A stretch of 64,000 nt of DNA from an uncultured Lachnospiraceae bacterium. GTDB lineage: Bacteria; Bacillota; Clostridia; Lachnospirales; Lachnospiraceae. Positions 1-10,100 of the stretch are shown in pieces. The translations under genes were made by a program, and so were the position numbers. Numbering within the stretch: position 1 is the first letter of the stretch; each line of letters opens with the position of its first letter. The DNA lies in the NCBI GenBank assembly GCA_947177445.1, contig CAMWUL010000004.1, forward strand, positions 16,664 through 80,663, read 5' to 3'. The notes under the pieces are model-generated. The model did no database searches, was not told the DNA's origin, and saw nothing but the letters and a program-made list of their open reading frames with translations.

Positions 1-1793
1 TCCTCCCTGTTGATCTTCTCCTTTTCCAGAAGCAGCGCGGCACAGCTGTGAAGCACCTGCTCCTTCTCCAGAATGATGGCCCTGGCCCTGGCATAGCAAT
101 CGTCGATAATGGCCTTCACTTCCCTGTCGATCTCACCGGAGATGGCCTCGCTGTGGGGCTTTGCATGAGCCAGGTCGCGTCCGATAAACACTTCCTCGCC
201 ATCCTCGTCATAGCAGATGACACCGATATTCTCCGACATGCCGAACCTCGTTACCATTCTGCGCGCCACCTTGGTGGCCCTTTTGATGTCGCTGGAGGCG
301 CCGGTGGTAATGTCCTGGAATACAATCTCCTCCGCGATCCTTCCTCCCAGGGACACCATGATCTCCTGAAGCATCTGTCCCTTGGTCATGAACATCTCAT
401 CCCGCTCCGGCAGAGGCATGGTGTATCCCGCCGCTCCTGTGCCTGTGGGCACAATGGACACCACATACACGGGCCCCACATCCGGGAGCATGTGAAAGAG
501 GATTGCATGGCCGGCCTCGTGATATGCAGTAATCCTCTTTTCCTTCTCCGAAATGACCCGGCTCTTTTTCTCCGCGCCGATTCCGGCCTTGATAAAGGCC
601 TTGTTCACATCCTCACGGGTTACATAGGATCTGTCCTGTCTGGCGGCGTTAATGGCCGCCTCGTTCATCAGGTTTTCCAGATCTGCCCCGGTAAAGCCCG
701 CCGTGGTCTGGGCCACCTGCTTCAGGTCCACATCCTCCGCCAGCGGCTTGTTCTTTGCATGAAGCTTTAAAATATCCTCACGGCCTCCCACATCGGGCCG
801 TCCCACAGCCACCTTCCGGTCAAAACGCCCGGGCCGCAGAATGGCGGGATCCAGAATATCCACCCGGTTGGTGGCGGCCATGACAATGATGCCCTCGTTG
901 ATGCTGAAACCGTCCATCTCCACCAGCAGCTGGTTCAGAGTCTGCTCCCGCTCGTCGTAGCCTCCTCCCATGCCGGTGCCCCGAAGCCTTGCCACCGCGT
1001 CGATCTCATCGATAAATACGATACAGGGTGAGTTCCTCTTGGCCTCGCCAAACAGATCACGAACCCGGGAAGCTCCCACTCCCACGAACATTTCCACAAA
1101 ATCCGATCCGGAAATACTGAAAAAGGGAACGCCCGCTTCCCCGGCCACCGCCTTGGCCAGCAGCGTTTTTCCTGTTCCGGGAGGTCCCTCCAGCAGCACG
1201 CCCTTGGGGATCCTGGCGCCGATCCGGTTGTACTTGCCCGGCTCCCGCAGGAAATCCACGATCTCCTCCAGCTCCTCCTTTTCCTCCTTCAGGCCTGCCA
1301 CCTGTTCAAAGGTGATCGTCTTGTCACCCATAACCATAATGGCACGGCTTTTACCGAAGTTCATCATTCTGGCGTTGTTGCCGCCCGCCGCATTCTGGCT
1401 GTTAATCATCATGAACAGAAAGATGCCCACCGCCAGCACGATCAGCATGGGAACCAGGGTGGTAAGCACCCAGCCCTCCCGCTCCACGTCAAAGACTCTG
1501 GGATCAAATCCGTAGGATCGAACCAGCGCTTCCGCCTCCGTCACATCCGCCACATACAGCTTCTTTTGAGATCCATTCTTCAAATGAATCTCCAAAGACC
1601 CTGTAGGCGTCTCGCCGTTCAGATGGATTTCTATGGAAGAAACCTTCCCGCCTTCCATGTCGGCCACAAACTCCGCCCTGGTATAGTCCTCCTCCATATT
1701 CTTTCTGCTGACGGAAGTAATCAGCAATATCACTCCCACCAGCACGGCAACAAATATTAAATATGAAATAATCCCTCTGCTATACTGCCTCAA
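1..1793 (-). CDS. ftsH: ATP-dependent zinc metalloprotease FtsH (3' end runs off the window)
   Basis: Translated by hand from the minus strand: Walker [10 protein letters not shown] (~1165-1191) and Zn motif TAYHEAGH (~505-530). TTG start at 1793 follows AGGAGG. Canonical tilS-hpt-ftsH synteny. Absent from the ORF track because it has no stop in the window. Confidence 0.95.
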   Translation of the reverse strand, partial: MRQYSRGIISYLIFVAVLVGVILLITSVSRKNMEEDYTRAEFVADMEGGKVSSIEIHLNGETPTGSLEIHLKNGSQKKLYVADVTEAEALVRSYGFDPRVFDVEREGWVLTTLVPMLIVLAVGIFLFMMINSQNAAGGNNARMMNFGKSRAIMVMGDKTITFEQVAGLKEEKEELEEIVDFLREPGKYNRIGARIPKGVLLEGPPGTGKTLLAKAVAGEAGVPFFSISGSDFVEMFVGVGASRVRDLFGEAKRNSPCIVFIDEIDAVARLRGTGMGGGYDEREQTLNQLLVEMDGFSINEGIIVMAATNRVDILDPAILRPGRFDRKVAVGRPDVGGREDILKLHAKNKPLAEDVDLKQVAQTTAGFTGADLENLMNEAAINAARQDRSYVTREDVNKAFIKAGIGAEKKSRVISEKEKRITAYHEAGHAILFHMLPDVGPVYVVSIVPTGTGAAGYTMPLPERDEMFMTKGQMLQEIMVSLGGRIAEEIVFQDITTGASSDIKRATKVARRMVTRFGMSENIGVICYDEDGEEVFIGRDLAHAKPHSEAISGEIDREVKAIIDDCYARARAIILEKEQVLHSCAALLLEKEKINRE

Positions 1794-1805
1794 TTCATGA
1801 GCCTC

Positions 1806-2339
1806 CTAATTGTCAAATTCCACAACCCCGATATAGGGAAGATTGCGGTATCTCTGGTCATAGTCCAGACCATAGCCCACCACAAACTGGTCAGGGATCT
1901 GAAACCCTGTGTAATCCACATTTACCTCCACTACACGTCTCTCAGGCTTGTCCAGCAGGGTGCAGAGGCGCAGTGACCTGGGTCCCCTGTCCCGAAGCAT
2001 CTCCAACAGATAGCTCAGGGTTCGTCCGCTGTCCACGATATCCTCCACCACAACCACATCCTTATCCTTAAGGGATTCGTCCAGATCCTTTATGATCTTT
2101 ACCACACCGCTGGACTTGGTGTCGCTTCCATAGCTGGATACCGACATAAAGTCAAGGGATACCGGCACGCTGATCCTTTTTGCCAGCTCGCACATAAAAA
2201 AGCTGCCTCCCTTGAGCACACACACCAGATGCACCTGTTTTCCTGCATAATCTCTGCTGATCTGGTCTCCGATCTCCTGAATCCTCGCGTCTACCTCTTC
2301 CTCCGGCAAAAGTACCCTAATATGCTCTGCCATCTTCAT
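1806..2339 (-). CDS. hpt: Hypoxanthine phosphoribosyltransferase
   Basis: PRPP-binding motif VVVEDIVDSGRTL, plus VLKG and FVVGYGLDY; synteny. Confidence 0.97.
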   Translation of the reverse strand: MKMAEHIRVLLPEEEVDARIQEIGDQISRDYAGKQVHLVCVLKGGSFFMCELAKRISVPVSLDFMSVSSYGSDTKSSGVVKIIKDLDESLKDKDVVVVEDIVDSGRTLSYLLEMLRDRGPRSLRLCTLLDKPERRVVEVNVDYTGFQIPDQFVVGYGLDYDQRYRNLPYIGVVEFDN

Positions 2340-3876
2340 CCTCCGTTCCGCTGTCGGGGCAGCTTACTTTTAATTGTACCTGCAAAATGCGTTTTGTATT
2401 CCTGCAAACCTTATAATATTCGCTGATCCGGTATCCCGCCAGCCAGAGCACATGGCTCCCCTCGGCCAGAAGGGGCACGGAATTGCGAATCTCCCTGGGG
2501 ATCTTTTCCGTCACCATATAGTCCTTCAGGGATTTGTGGATCATATGGCCTGAGCCGTCCCCTATGGTCAGAAAGTCCCCTGTAAGCCTGCATCGTACTG
2601 TAAGTGATTCCTTAATTTTATCATAGTCGAACCATTTCGTATACTTATTTCGGGGAACTTCTGCACAATTTTCACCGGAAATTACCGAAAATTCCATGCA
2701 CCCCAGGCTTCCCAGCTCTGCCCTTACCATTCTGCCGCCCTCCACCGGTAGAAATACCTGCTTCCGGAAGGGTTCCTTCTGTGCCGGACACACCGCTCTG
2801 CTCCTCTCCAGGATGACCTTCGTGTACTCCCGCCTTGCCTGCAGGCCCAGGGGCAGGTCCACCCGTCGGCTGCCCGCTCCCTGAAACAGCTTCAGCACAT
2901 CCTCCACATGGGTCATGGAAATGTCCCTGCCTGTGGGCGACAGCTCCTTTGCCAGAGCCAGAATCATTCTCTTCTGCAGGGCGGTATGCTCCTTTAAAAA
3001 CCCTTCCGTCTCAACCACCGCCCGCCAAAGGCTCCGGGAGGCCTCCCGGGAAAAGACCGCGCACCGGGCCAGGGCTTCCCTGGTCTGTCCGGCCAGATAA
3101 TCCTCCTCCTCCGTCAAAATATCCGCTGTCCGATACATATGCCCCACCACACCGGAGGATATTTGCTGCTCCGCATATGGAAGGATGTGATGGCGAATAC
3201 GGTTTCTGGCGTAATCATCCCCTTGATTTGTGCTGTCCCTGCAAAAAGGAATTCCACGGACCTTCAGATATTCCTCCACCTCCTGCCGCTCCAGGCACAA
3301 TATGGGGCGGATCACCTGAAGCCGGCTGTGGGACCAGTCCTCCCGCACTGGGGCAATACTGCACAGCCCCTTGAGTCCGCTTCCCCGGAACAGGCAAAAC
3401 AGCATGGTCTCCGCTCTGTCGTTGCTGTTGTGGGCCACGGCGATCTTTGATCCCCCGAAGCGCTCCGCCGCCTCCCGGAAAGCATCGTACCGAAGCCGCC
3501 GTCCTGCATCCTCCTCCGAAAGCCCCTCCCGGGCCGCCATACGAGATACATTCTCCTTTTTCAGGAAAAATGGAATCTCCCTTTCCCGGCACAGCTCTTC
3601 CACAAATGCGGCATCCTCCCCCGCATCCTGCCGGATTCCGTGATTCACATGAACCGCAGTCATGGAAAAGGGAACCTTTTTACTATACTCCAGCAATAGA
3701 AATAAGAGGCAAACTGAGTCTGCCCCTCCCGAAACCCCGAGGATAACCCTGTCCCCCGGCTGTATCATCCTGTGTTCCTCCAAAAACGAAAATACCTTCC
3801 GCTCTGTCTTCCATTTCGTGTCCATAGAATGATAGTACCGTATTTCTGTGGGAAAAGTCAAGGACAAACCTCCCAT
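2317..3876 (-). CDS. tilS: tRNA(Ile)-lysidine synthetase (true start may be 3825)
   Basis: PP-loop SGGADS, HVNHGIR, AHNSND, and C-terminal TilS_C-like region. Confidence 0.96.
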   Translation of the reverse strand: MGGLSLTFPTEIRYYHSMDTKWKTERKVFSFLEEHRMIQPGDRVILGVSGGADSVCLLFLLLEYSKKVPFSMTAVHVNHGIRQDAGEDAAFVEELCREREIPFFLKKENVSRMAAREGLSEEDAGRRLRYDAFREAAERFGGSKIAVAHNSNDRAETMLFCLFRGSGLKGLCSIAPVREDWSHSRLQVIRPILCLERQEVEEYLKVRGIPFCRDSTNQGDDYARNRIRHHILPYAEQQISSGVVGHMYRTADILTEEEDYLAGQTREALARCAVFSREASRSLWRAVVETEGFLKEHTALQKRMILALAKELSPTGRDISMTHVEDVLKLFQGAGSRRVDLPLGLQARREYTKVILERSRAVCPAQKEPFRKQVFLPVEGGRMVRAELGSLGCMEFSVISGENCAEVPRNKYTKWFDYDKIKESLTVRCRLTGDFLTIGDGSGHMIHKSLKDYMVTEKIPREIRNSVPLLAEGSHVLWLAGYRISEYYKVCRNTKRILQVQLKVSCPDSGTEDEDGRAY

Positions 3877-5084
3877 ATCCCGATTACTCCAATGGTCATA
3901 TCATCGTTAACCCTGCCCTTGCCGGCACGAAGCGCAGCCCGCAGCAGCCACTCCGCCATCTCAGTGGGATTCTGTATCTCCGCCGCATCCACCGCCTGAA
4001 GCAGGGCATCCTCGTATGCCTCCTCAAAAGCGTCCACCACTCCGTCGGATACCATAATCACATAATCGCCGTCCTGCAGATTTCTGCATACAGGCTGTAC
4101 CTCCACCTGCTGAAAAATTCCCAGAGGCAGATTGCCTACAGTCAGCGCCTCCGTCTCTGACTGTCTTTTCAGAAAGGTCACCGCTCCCCCCGCCTTTCGA
4201 AGCTCCATGCTGCCTTTGTTCAGATCCAGATCACAGACGTCCAGCGTGGGATGATTCTGGTCCTCGCCCAGAGCAAACAGCGCCGTATTCACCATTTTCA
4301 CGGCCGCCTCCACGCTGTAGCCCGTCTCCATCATTTTCTCCATCAGGTCCAGAACCCGCCCGCTGTCCTGGCCGGCCCTTTCACCTGATCCGGTACCGTC
4401 CGAAAGCATCATCACAAGTCTTCCCTTCTCTACCTCCAGCACGGAATAATTATCCCCCGATATCGTCTCGTCCTCCTTTATGGCTCTGGCAAAGCCCGTC
4501 AGCGCCAGGTACCGGGACTGCTCCTCCAGCACAAAGCTGTGAGGGGTTTTCTCTATCACACAGGGACTGGCCACGGACAGCCGAAGCCTCCGTCCCAAAA
4601 GCACGGTGAGCATATCTGCCGCCTCCTCGCCCGGGATTCCCGAAGCCCTGTCGGTGCTCATGGTCAGCACGATGGATTCCGTTCCCTGCTCGTCCGGCAC
4701 ATAGCAGGGATTTTCCACCCGGACTCCCTCCTCCTTCATGGCACGGGCGATACGCTTTTTCTGTTTTTCCTCCATGGGCCTGTAGCATAAAACCTCACAG
4801 GCCAGCTCCGTCATAATTTTCGCAGCCTCATTCAGATGGCTCTTAATGACCTGGCGGTTTTCCCACAGCTGGCGCCGGGAATAAAGCGTCTGCCGGTCCT
4901 CTTTCCCGGGGCAGAATTCTCTGTCATAGCTTCTGGCCAGCTCATAAAAGGTATCTGCATAATTTAACAGCTTCCTCCTGCACAGCTCCGAAACCTGCGC
5001 TGTCCGAAGATCTCCTTCCTCTGCCTCTTTTCCGCCTGTGTACCGGAAGCTTTTGTGCAGCTGCCTGGGCTCTTCCCTCGTCAT
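3858..5084 (-). CDS. spoIIE: SpoIIE-family PP2C phosphatase lacking the N-terminal membrane domain
   Basis: PP2C motifs SGDNY, LSDGTGSG, SDGVVD and DDMT; sits in the spoIIE slot between divIC and tilS. Confidence 0.8.
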   Translation of the reverse strand: MTREEPRQLHKSFRYTGGKEAEEGDLRTAQVSELCRRKLLNYADTFYELARSYDREFCPGKEDRQTLYSRRQLWENRQVIKSHLNEAAKIMTELACEVLCYRPMEEKQKKRIARAMKEEGVRVENPCYVPDEQGTESIVLTMSTDRASGIPGEEAADMLTVLLGRRLRLSVASPCVIEKTPHSFVLEEQSRYLALTGFARAIKEDETISGDNYSVLEVEKGRLVMMLSDGTGSGERAGQDSGRVLDLMEKMMETGYSVEAAVKMVNTALFALGEDQNHPTLDVCDLDLNKGSMELRKAGGAVTFLKRQSETEALTVGNLPLGIFQQVEVQPVCRNLQDGDYVIMVSDGVVDAFEEAYEDALLQAVDAAEIQNPTEMAEWLLRAALRAGKGRVNDDMTIGVIGIWEVCP

Positions 5085-5163
5085 TCTTATACCTCCCTGC
5101 CTGCCTTCGGCGGCACAAACTCGTAAACCACGTCCTATTTTATTAGCCCCCTCCTGCTTTTTT

Positions 5164-5202
5164 TGTCAAAACAGGGACAGGCCGCCTTAAAGTTTTGCGA
5201 CA
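5164..5202. promoter_or_regulatory. Two Spo0A-box-like heptamers upstream of the spoIIE-like gene
   Basis: TGTCAAA at 5164-5170 (+) and TGTCGCA at 5202-5196 (-), each one mismatch from TGTCGAA. spoIIE is a known Spo0A target. Confidence 0.5.
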
Positions 5203-5232
5203 AAAAAAGCAGGGGCCTCATGCCCCCGCCTT

Positions 5233-5547
5233 CTATTTTGACTTAAACAGAATCTCACCTTCATATACCAGCCCCAGCTTTTCTCTGGCAATATCCTCTA
5301 TATAGCCCTTCGTCTGAACCTCTTTTCCAAGCTCCTCGATCTCAAGGGTACGATTTTGCTCCTTCTCAATCTGCACATCCAGAGCCATCCCCTCCTGGAC
5401 CTTGGCGTCTATCTTCTGACGCAGCTCTATGCTCTTTACAAAAACCACCAGGGTCACCATCGCCACCACCAGGGTGACCAGGATCATGCTGAAACGGTTC
5501 TGACGCCTTTTTCGATAGGCGATCCTGCGCCTCGTTCTTCCTGCCAT
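5233..5547 (-). CDS. divIC: Septum formation initiator (DivIC/FtsB family)
   Basis: Basic N-terminus, one TM helix, coiled coil, YIEDIAREKLGLV motif. ATG at 5547 after AAGGAGG. Confidence 0.9.
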   Translation of the reverse strand: MAGRTRRRIAYRKRRQNRFSMILVTLVVAMVTLVVFVKSIELRQKIDAKVQEGMALDVQIEKEQNRTLEIEELGKEVQTKGYIEDIAREKLGLVYEGEILFKSK

Positions 5548-5622
5548 GGCCCTCCTTATCCCGCCAGGAGTTGTACCGCGCACTTCATTCTCCGATATCC
5601 TTCCCGCGTCACTGATCAAAAT

Positions 5623-6105
5623 CTATTTCAGATTAATTTTAAGCAATTTTACAAAATTCGTCAATCTCATTTTGATGCGCCGTCCAAGTCTGCAGACTAT
5701 GGCGCCCAGACCTCTCCCTGCTCTGCAGGCCGCAGAGCCTGTCTTTTTCCCCAGAAAACCGAAGGGACGCAGAATCCAGCGCAGCAGTCGGAAAAACTGA
5801 TTAAGCAGCCAGCGCAGCGCCAGAGATATGTACTTTACAAAATACGGGCTCACCAGCTTTTTATAGGAAAAGATCCCCGCCAGCGCGCCTATTACTGCAA
5901 ACCACCGCAGCGTACCGTTGCTTTCATGATACATCAGCAGAAATACTTCCGCGCCGCAGTATATCCAGAATGCCAGGTCCTCCAGGGATACAAAAAAAGC
6001 CTTGTGCGGAACCACCCTGCGGAAAATTCTCAGCAGATCATAGACAAATGTAATAAAAATGCCCATCAGAAGGGCATGCAGGAGAAATTCGTTTTCACTT
6101 GCCAT
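5623..6105 (-). CDS. yabQ: Spore cortex biosynthesis protein YabQ
   Basis: Hydrophobic protein with YDLLRIFRR...EDLAFW...NGTLRW motifs; synteny. Confidence 0.9.
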   Translation of the reverse strand: MASENEFLLHALLMGIFITFVYDLLRIFRRVVPHKAFFVSLEDLAFWIYCGAEVFLLMYHESNGTLRWFAVIGALAGIFSYKKLVSPYFVKYISLALRWLLNQFFRLLRWILRPFGFLGKKTGSAACRAGRGLGAIVCRLGRRIKMRLTNFVKLLKINLK

Positions 6106-6110
6106 AGGAC

Positions 6111-6398
6111 TTACCGAAACAGCTTGCTCAGCAGAGACTCGCCCTTATGCCCGGCCCCCGCCACGTCAGAATAAGTAAAGCTGTCGATTTTTCCGTCTAT
6201 GTCTACCTCGCCCTTTTCCAGAGTAAGCCTGTTCACATGCAGGTCGTCTCCCTTGATCATCAGCATTCCCTGTTCCGTCTCCAGGAGAATCTCATGTATG
6301 TCGAAGGACAGAACGTCATTGACACCGTTTATGACGCAGCTCTTCCGATTTGTCATAGTCACCTTGTGCATGCGTGCACCGCCGCTTAAATCCTCCAT
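6111..6398 (-). CDS. yabP: Sporulation protein YabP
   Basis: GVNDVLSFD...LETEQGMLMIKGDDLHV...G.VDIDG pattern. Confidence 0.93.
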   Translation of the reverse strand: MEDLSGGARMHKVTMTNRKSCVINGVNDVLSFDIHEILLETEQGMLMIKGDDLHVNRLTLEKGEVDIDGKIDSFTYSDVAGAGHKGESLLSKLFR

Positions 6399-6465
6399 AG
6401 GCCCCTCCTGTCTGCGGAATCCCTTCTGTCAGATTCCCTCCTATAGAGTATATGCGCCGATCCCT

Positions 6466-6705
6466 CTACAAATACCTGAAAAGCTCCTTTGCCTCATCCT
6501 TTTTCACGGTCTCCTGCACATCCAGCACCTCCACCTTTACCTCCTTGTTTCCAAAGGAAATGGTGATCACATCGCCCTCCTTCACATTGGCGGAGGCCTT
6601 GGCAGGCTTTCCGTTGATCATCACACGGCCTCCGTCGCAGGCCTCGTTTGCCACGGTCCGCCGTTTGATCAGCCGCGACACCTTCAAATATTTATCCAGC
6701 CTCAA
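6466..6705 (-). CDS. yabO: S4-domain RNA-binding protein (YabO/RqcP/Hsp15 family)
   Basis: RLDKYLKVSRLIKRRTVANEAC. TTG start at 6705 after AGGAGG. Confidence 0.92.
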   Translation of the reverse strand: MRLDKYLKVSRLIKRRTVANEACDGGRVMINGKPAKASANVKEGDVITISFGNKEVKVEVLDVQETVKKDEAKELFRYL

Positions 6706-6833
6706 GCTTACACCTCCTGCTTCGCTGTCAGTCGCATGGGCGTCAGCTTTGCCGGCAATCTTCCTTTGAGCGCCCGTGCGTATAAAAACAGCGGGGAATC
6801 CTTCACAGACCCCCCGCAGTACAAACAAGATCC

Positions 6834-7109
6834 TTATGCGTTCAGCATGTCCTTCAGAGCCTTTCCAGCCTTGAATCTGGGAGCTTTGGAGGCCGCGATC
6901 TTCATGGGCTTGCCGCTCTGGGGATTCCTGCCCTCTCTGGCCGCCCTCTCGGATACCTCAAAGGTACCGAAGCCTACCAGCTGAACCTTCCCGCCTTTCT
7001 TCAGTTCGTCAGCAACAACATCCGTGAAAGCCTTCAGGGTTTTCTCTGCGTCCTTCTTGGAAATCTCGGCTGCTTCCGCCATGGCGGCAATCAATTCTGT
7101 CTTGTTCAT
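6834..7109 (-). CDS. hup: HU family DNA-binding protein
   Basis: MNKTELI...GFGTFEV.ERAAREGRNPQ. Confidence 0.97.
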   Translation of the reverse strand: MNKTELIAAMAEAAEISKKDAEKTLKAFTDVVADELKKGGKVQLVGFGTFEVSERAAREGRNPQSGKPMKIAASKAPRFKAGKALKDMLNA

Positions 7110-7240
7110 ATTGAACTCCTCCTGTAATGAGTTTTCTTATTTGTATCTCCGTAGATGCTTCTTGTGAAACGTCTATTAATATATATATATGTTTTCAAAT
7201 AGTTTGTCAAGGCATTTCCCCTTATTTTGCGGCTTTTTAG

Positions 7241-7381
7241 TTACTTTTCACGGCTTCGCCGTTCAAAGCAACATGATGCACACAAAATGAGCAAAAAGCG
7301 CTCATTTTGGCGCGTGCTGTCTCGGGTTTTTGTGCAAACAACGCACAAAAACACCTCGCGGCCCCTACCCGTGAAAAGTAA
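7241..7381 (+). mobile_element. Non-coding MITE/REP-like element, family A, copy 1 (141 bp)
   Basis: 13-bp terminal inverted repeats TTACTTTTCACGG/CCGTGAAAAGTAA with three internal hairpins; similar copies at 9930, 24454, 48818 and 61253. Confidence 0.8.
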
Positions 7382-7409
7382 TGGCTTTTTCATTACTATT
7401 TGCAGCTGC

Positions 7410-8759
7410 TTAAGGAAGTACCGCATCCAGCAGCGTATCCGTCAGGGACGCGGTGCCCAAAGTCAGATCCGCAAAGGAATAGGAGATATCCTTGTTTTCT
7501 TCATCCACCTGCACCGTATAGCTCCTGGTCTCATAACCCGTTTTTCTCAGAGTGATCACATGAGCGCCCGCCGTCTTCCTGAAGCTGCAGGGAGATATTC
7601 CCATATAATTGCCGTCCAGATAAACCTCCGCACCCTCCGGGGCATCCACATATACCTTATAATAATCCGTGGCAACGGGAGCGGACGGATCCGGAGTCTC
7701 TTCCTCCTCTTCCTCAGACCTGCTGGGCTCCAGAATCACATTGATACTGGCGGACGCCTCCGCCACCCGGATGTACTGGGTCACGGACTGATATCCCTCG
7801 GCTCTGGCAATCATCTGGTGGACCCCATACTCCAAAGACACAGGTCCCGAGACGTCTACCCGGGTTCCGTCAATGTAGAGATCCGCGCCGGAGGGATCCA
7901 TGGAAAACAGCACGATTCCATATTGAGGCTCCGGAATCTCCAGGTCTCCGATATCCAGCATGGACTCTTCATTTCGGTTGATCACCACATCCTTGACGCC
8001 TCCGCCCCCTCTGTGACTGATGTTTACCTGATAGCTTCCCTCCGGTACCAGCAGAAGCATGTCCGCCGTGATCTGCCGGATCTGTGCCTTGCCAACCTCA
8101 ATCCACCCTCCTATAAAGTTCTCATCATTTACAAGCCGCAGATACCCATGGCCCTTTTCCACCCGGACAGTCAGGATCTGCTTGTCAATGCCCAGAAAGC
8201 TCACTACATCCGCCGGATTCAGATCCATAATGTCCATGGCCGTGCCTTCCGCCAGATATTGAGTGTTGGAAGTAAGCTTATAGGTTTCCGAGCCAATGGT
8301 GACCTCACTGCGCACCGGATTCATCTCATAGCGCTCTACGTTTTCTAAAATCCAGCTTTTCGACGAAAGCCGCATGGTGGTCAGATGTTTTTTGGATTTC
8401 AGAAAAGTAATATCCACAATATCGCCTATATAAATCTGGTCCAGAGAAATGCTTTCTCCGTACTTGTCGTAAAGACCGGTGGTTCCGTCCAGGGAAAGCG
8501 TATATCTCCTGCCCAGCTCCAGATTCAAAAAGGTCACCGTATTTTCGTCCGCATTCCGTCCCACCAAAACAGCCGTGTCCGCCGAATCATAGCTATCCGG
8601 TCCGGTGAGGACAAAGCCTGTGTCCGCTCTTTCCGGCGTGGGGGAAGCTGTCCCCGGCTCCGGCTCACCCTGACTCCGGAATGGATTGGCACAGGCTGTC
8701 AGGAGCATTGCCATAGACAACGCCGTCAAAAGCAGTATGCATCTTTTGTTCTTTTTCAC
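7410..8759 (-). CDS. PEGA-domain lipoprotein
   Basis: Lipobox LLTAC; PEGA repeats (PSGADLYIDG, PEGAEVYLDG.YMG.SP). Confidence 0.85.
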   Translation of the reverse strand: MKKNKRCILLLTALSMAMLLTACANPFRSQGEPEPGTASPTPERADTGFVLTGPDSYDSADTAVLVGRNADENTVTFLNLELGRRYTLSLDGTTGLYDKYGESISLDQIYIGDIVDITFLKSKKHLTTMRLSSKSWILENVERYEMNPVRSEVTIGSETYKLTSNTQYLAEGTAMDIMDLNPADVVSFLGIDKQILTVRVEKGHGYLRLVNDENFIGGWIEVGKAQIRQITADMLLLVPEGSYQVNISHRGGGGVKDVVINRNEESMLDIGDLEIPEPQYGIVLFSMDPSGADLYIDGTRVDVSGPVSLEYGVHQMIARAEGYQSVTQYIRVAEASASINVILEPSRSEEEEEETPDPSAPVATDYYKVYVDAPEGAEVYLDGNYMGISPCSFRKTAGAHVITLRKTGYETRSYTVQVDEENKDISYSFADLTLGTASLTDTLLDAVLP

Positions 8760-8801
8760 GATTCCTTAACCCCCTGGTTTTACACTGACAGCAAGCTGTC
8801 T

Positions 8802-9812
8802 TTACTTATTTATCCTTATATATTCCACATTGCGGAACACTTCATCCAGAAAATTCTGTTTTTCTTTTTCCTGGGATACCAGCTTTTCCAGCTTCTCCTG
8901 GTTTCTTCCCGGAATCCAGGCCTTTCCCGAGTTAAAATAGAAATTGGCGATCTTCCAAAATTTTTCCGGATAGGCCAGCCGATAATAAAGATCGATCCAG
9001 CTCCCGGCGGCCACAGGTCTCTGGCGTTTGTAGGTCTCCAAAAGCTCCGTCCCCAGAGACACGGACCAGTTTCCCTTCTCCAAAAGCTTGCGCAGCAGCA
9101 GATAAAGATCTCTGACAGGATCGTCCGGCAGGCATTTCTCAAAATTCACAAGAAACCATCCCTTGCTCCCCAGCAAAATATTATGATATTGGTAATCGCC
9201 ATGGCAGAAGGCAACGGTACCCTCGCCTGCCGGTGAGGGCTTCCTCTCCGCACAATATTCCTTCCATTGCCGGGTCACCTCCTCCGCCTGTTCCAGAAAA
9301 TAATCACAGGCGCTCTGAAGGCTGATCTCAAAGCTCTGCTTCTGCCCTTTCTGGTGCAGATATTTACGCACCCGTCTGATTTCACGATTATGCTTTTCAT
9401 ATTCCTTTTCCGGCGAAAATGCCGCCGGAAGCCCCAGCGTATCCCCGGGCAGCTCCATACATTCGTGGAGCTGAGCCAGCAGGCTCACCGCCTCCCTGCA
9501 CTCGCTCTTATCGTAAATGCTGCACTCTCTTCCATCCTGCCAGGTCTTCAGCACATACGCTGTGCCGTCCTGATCCTTTACCAGAAGGCCTCCCTCCCGG
9601 GTGGGAACAATGGCCTCCACGCTGACCGTTCCTCTCTGTGCCACCGCCTTAAGCAGTCTGTCCTGCAGCTCTATTTTCTCCGCGTTGCCCGCATATTCCT
9701 TTAAAATCAGGCATCCCCTGTCGGTATCACACAGGATGGATCCTCTGCCTTTTCTGGTCCGGAGTACCTCTACCTCATACTGTTCCAGCAATTCCACTGC
9801 CCTGTCATTCAC
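8802..9812 (-). CDS. cotS: CotS-family spore coat protein (APH/kinase-like fold)
   Basis: FCHGDYQYHN and LAYPEKFWK...YFN motifs. Start is probably GTG 9812 (ORF track: 9836). Confidence 0.85.
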   Translation of the reverse strand: MNDRAVELLEQYEVEVLRTRKGRGSILCDTDRGCLILKEYAGNAEKIELQDRLLKAVAQRGTVSVEAIVPTREGGLLVKDQDGTAYVLKTWQDGRECSIYDKSECREAVSLLAQLHECMELPGDTLGLPAAFSPEKEYEKHNREIRRVRKYLHQKGQKQSFEISLQSACDYFLEQAEEVTRQWKEYCAERKPSPAGEGTVAFCHGDYQYHNILLGSKGWFLVNFEKCLPDDPVRDLYLLLRKLLEKGNWSVSLGTELLETYKRQRPVAAGSWIDLYYRLAYPEKFWKIANFYFNSGKAWIPGRNQEKLEKLVSQEKEKQNFLDEVFRNVEYIRINK

Positions 9813-9897
9813 TGACCACCCCTCCTGAGTTTTCATTTTCCATCCGGTCTCCCTTCCGGAAAACCGGCCTGTGACGGCCTTGGTTCAAGGTCTTTAC

Positions 9898-9924
9898 ATC
9901 ATATGTGGCGGTAGTGAAAAGTAT
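9898..9924 (-). promoter_or_regulatory. Putative mother-cell sigmaE/sigmaK-type promoter of the cotS-like gene
   Basis: ATA-N16-CATATGAT on the minus strand matches the ATA-(16-18)-CATAcanT consensus. Confidence 0.55.
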
Positions 9925-9929
9925 GTTTG

Positions 9930-10071
9930 CAACTTTTCATAGGCAGGGTCCGCGAGGTGTTTTCGTGCGCATTTTGCACGCAAAACCCGAGACTGCCTGC
10001 GCCAAAATGAGCGAATTTTGCTCATTTTGTGTGCATCAGATTGCTTTGAACGGCGAAGCCGTGAAAAGTAA
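9930..10071 (-). mobile_element. Family A element, copy 2 (inverted), with adjacent end remnants
   Basis: Reverse complement of copy 1 with substitutions. 33-bp direct repeat at 9918-9950 and 10070-10102 (1 mismatch). Confidence 0.8.
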
Positions 10072-10100
10072 AGTATGTTTGCAACTTTTCATGGGCAGGG

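Noticed and set aside
7241-7426. Small ORFs sharing peptides such as FTGRGREVFLC/CFERRSREK (also 9905-10267, 48755-48985, 48819-49283)
   Set aside because: They are translations of the family A non-coding repeat, not a protein family; starts and frames are inconsistent between copies.
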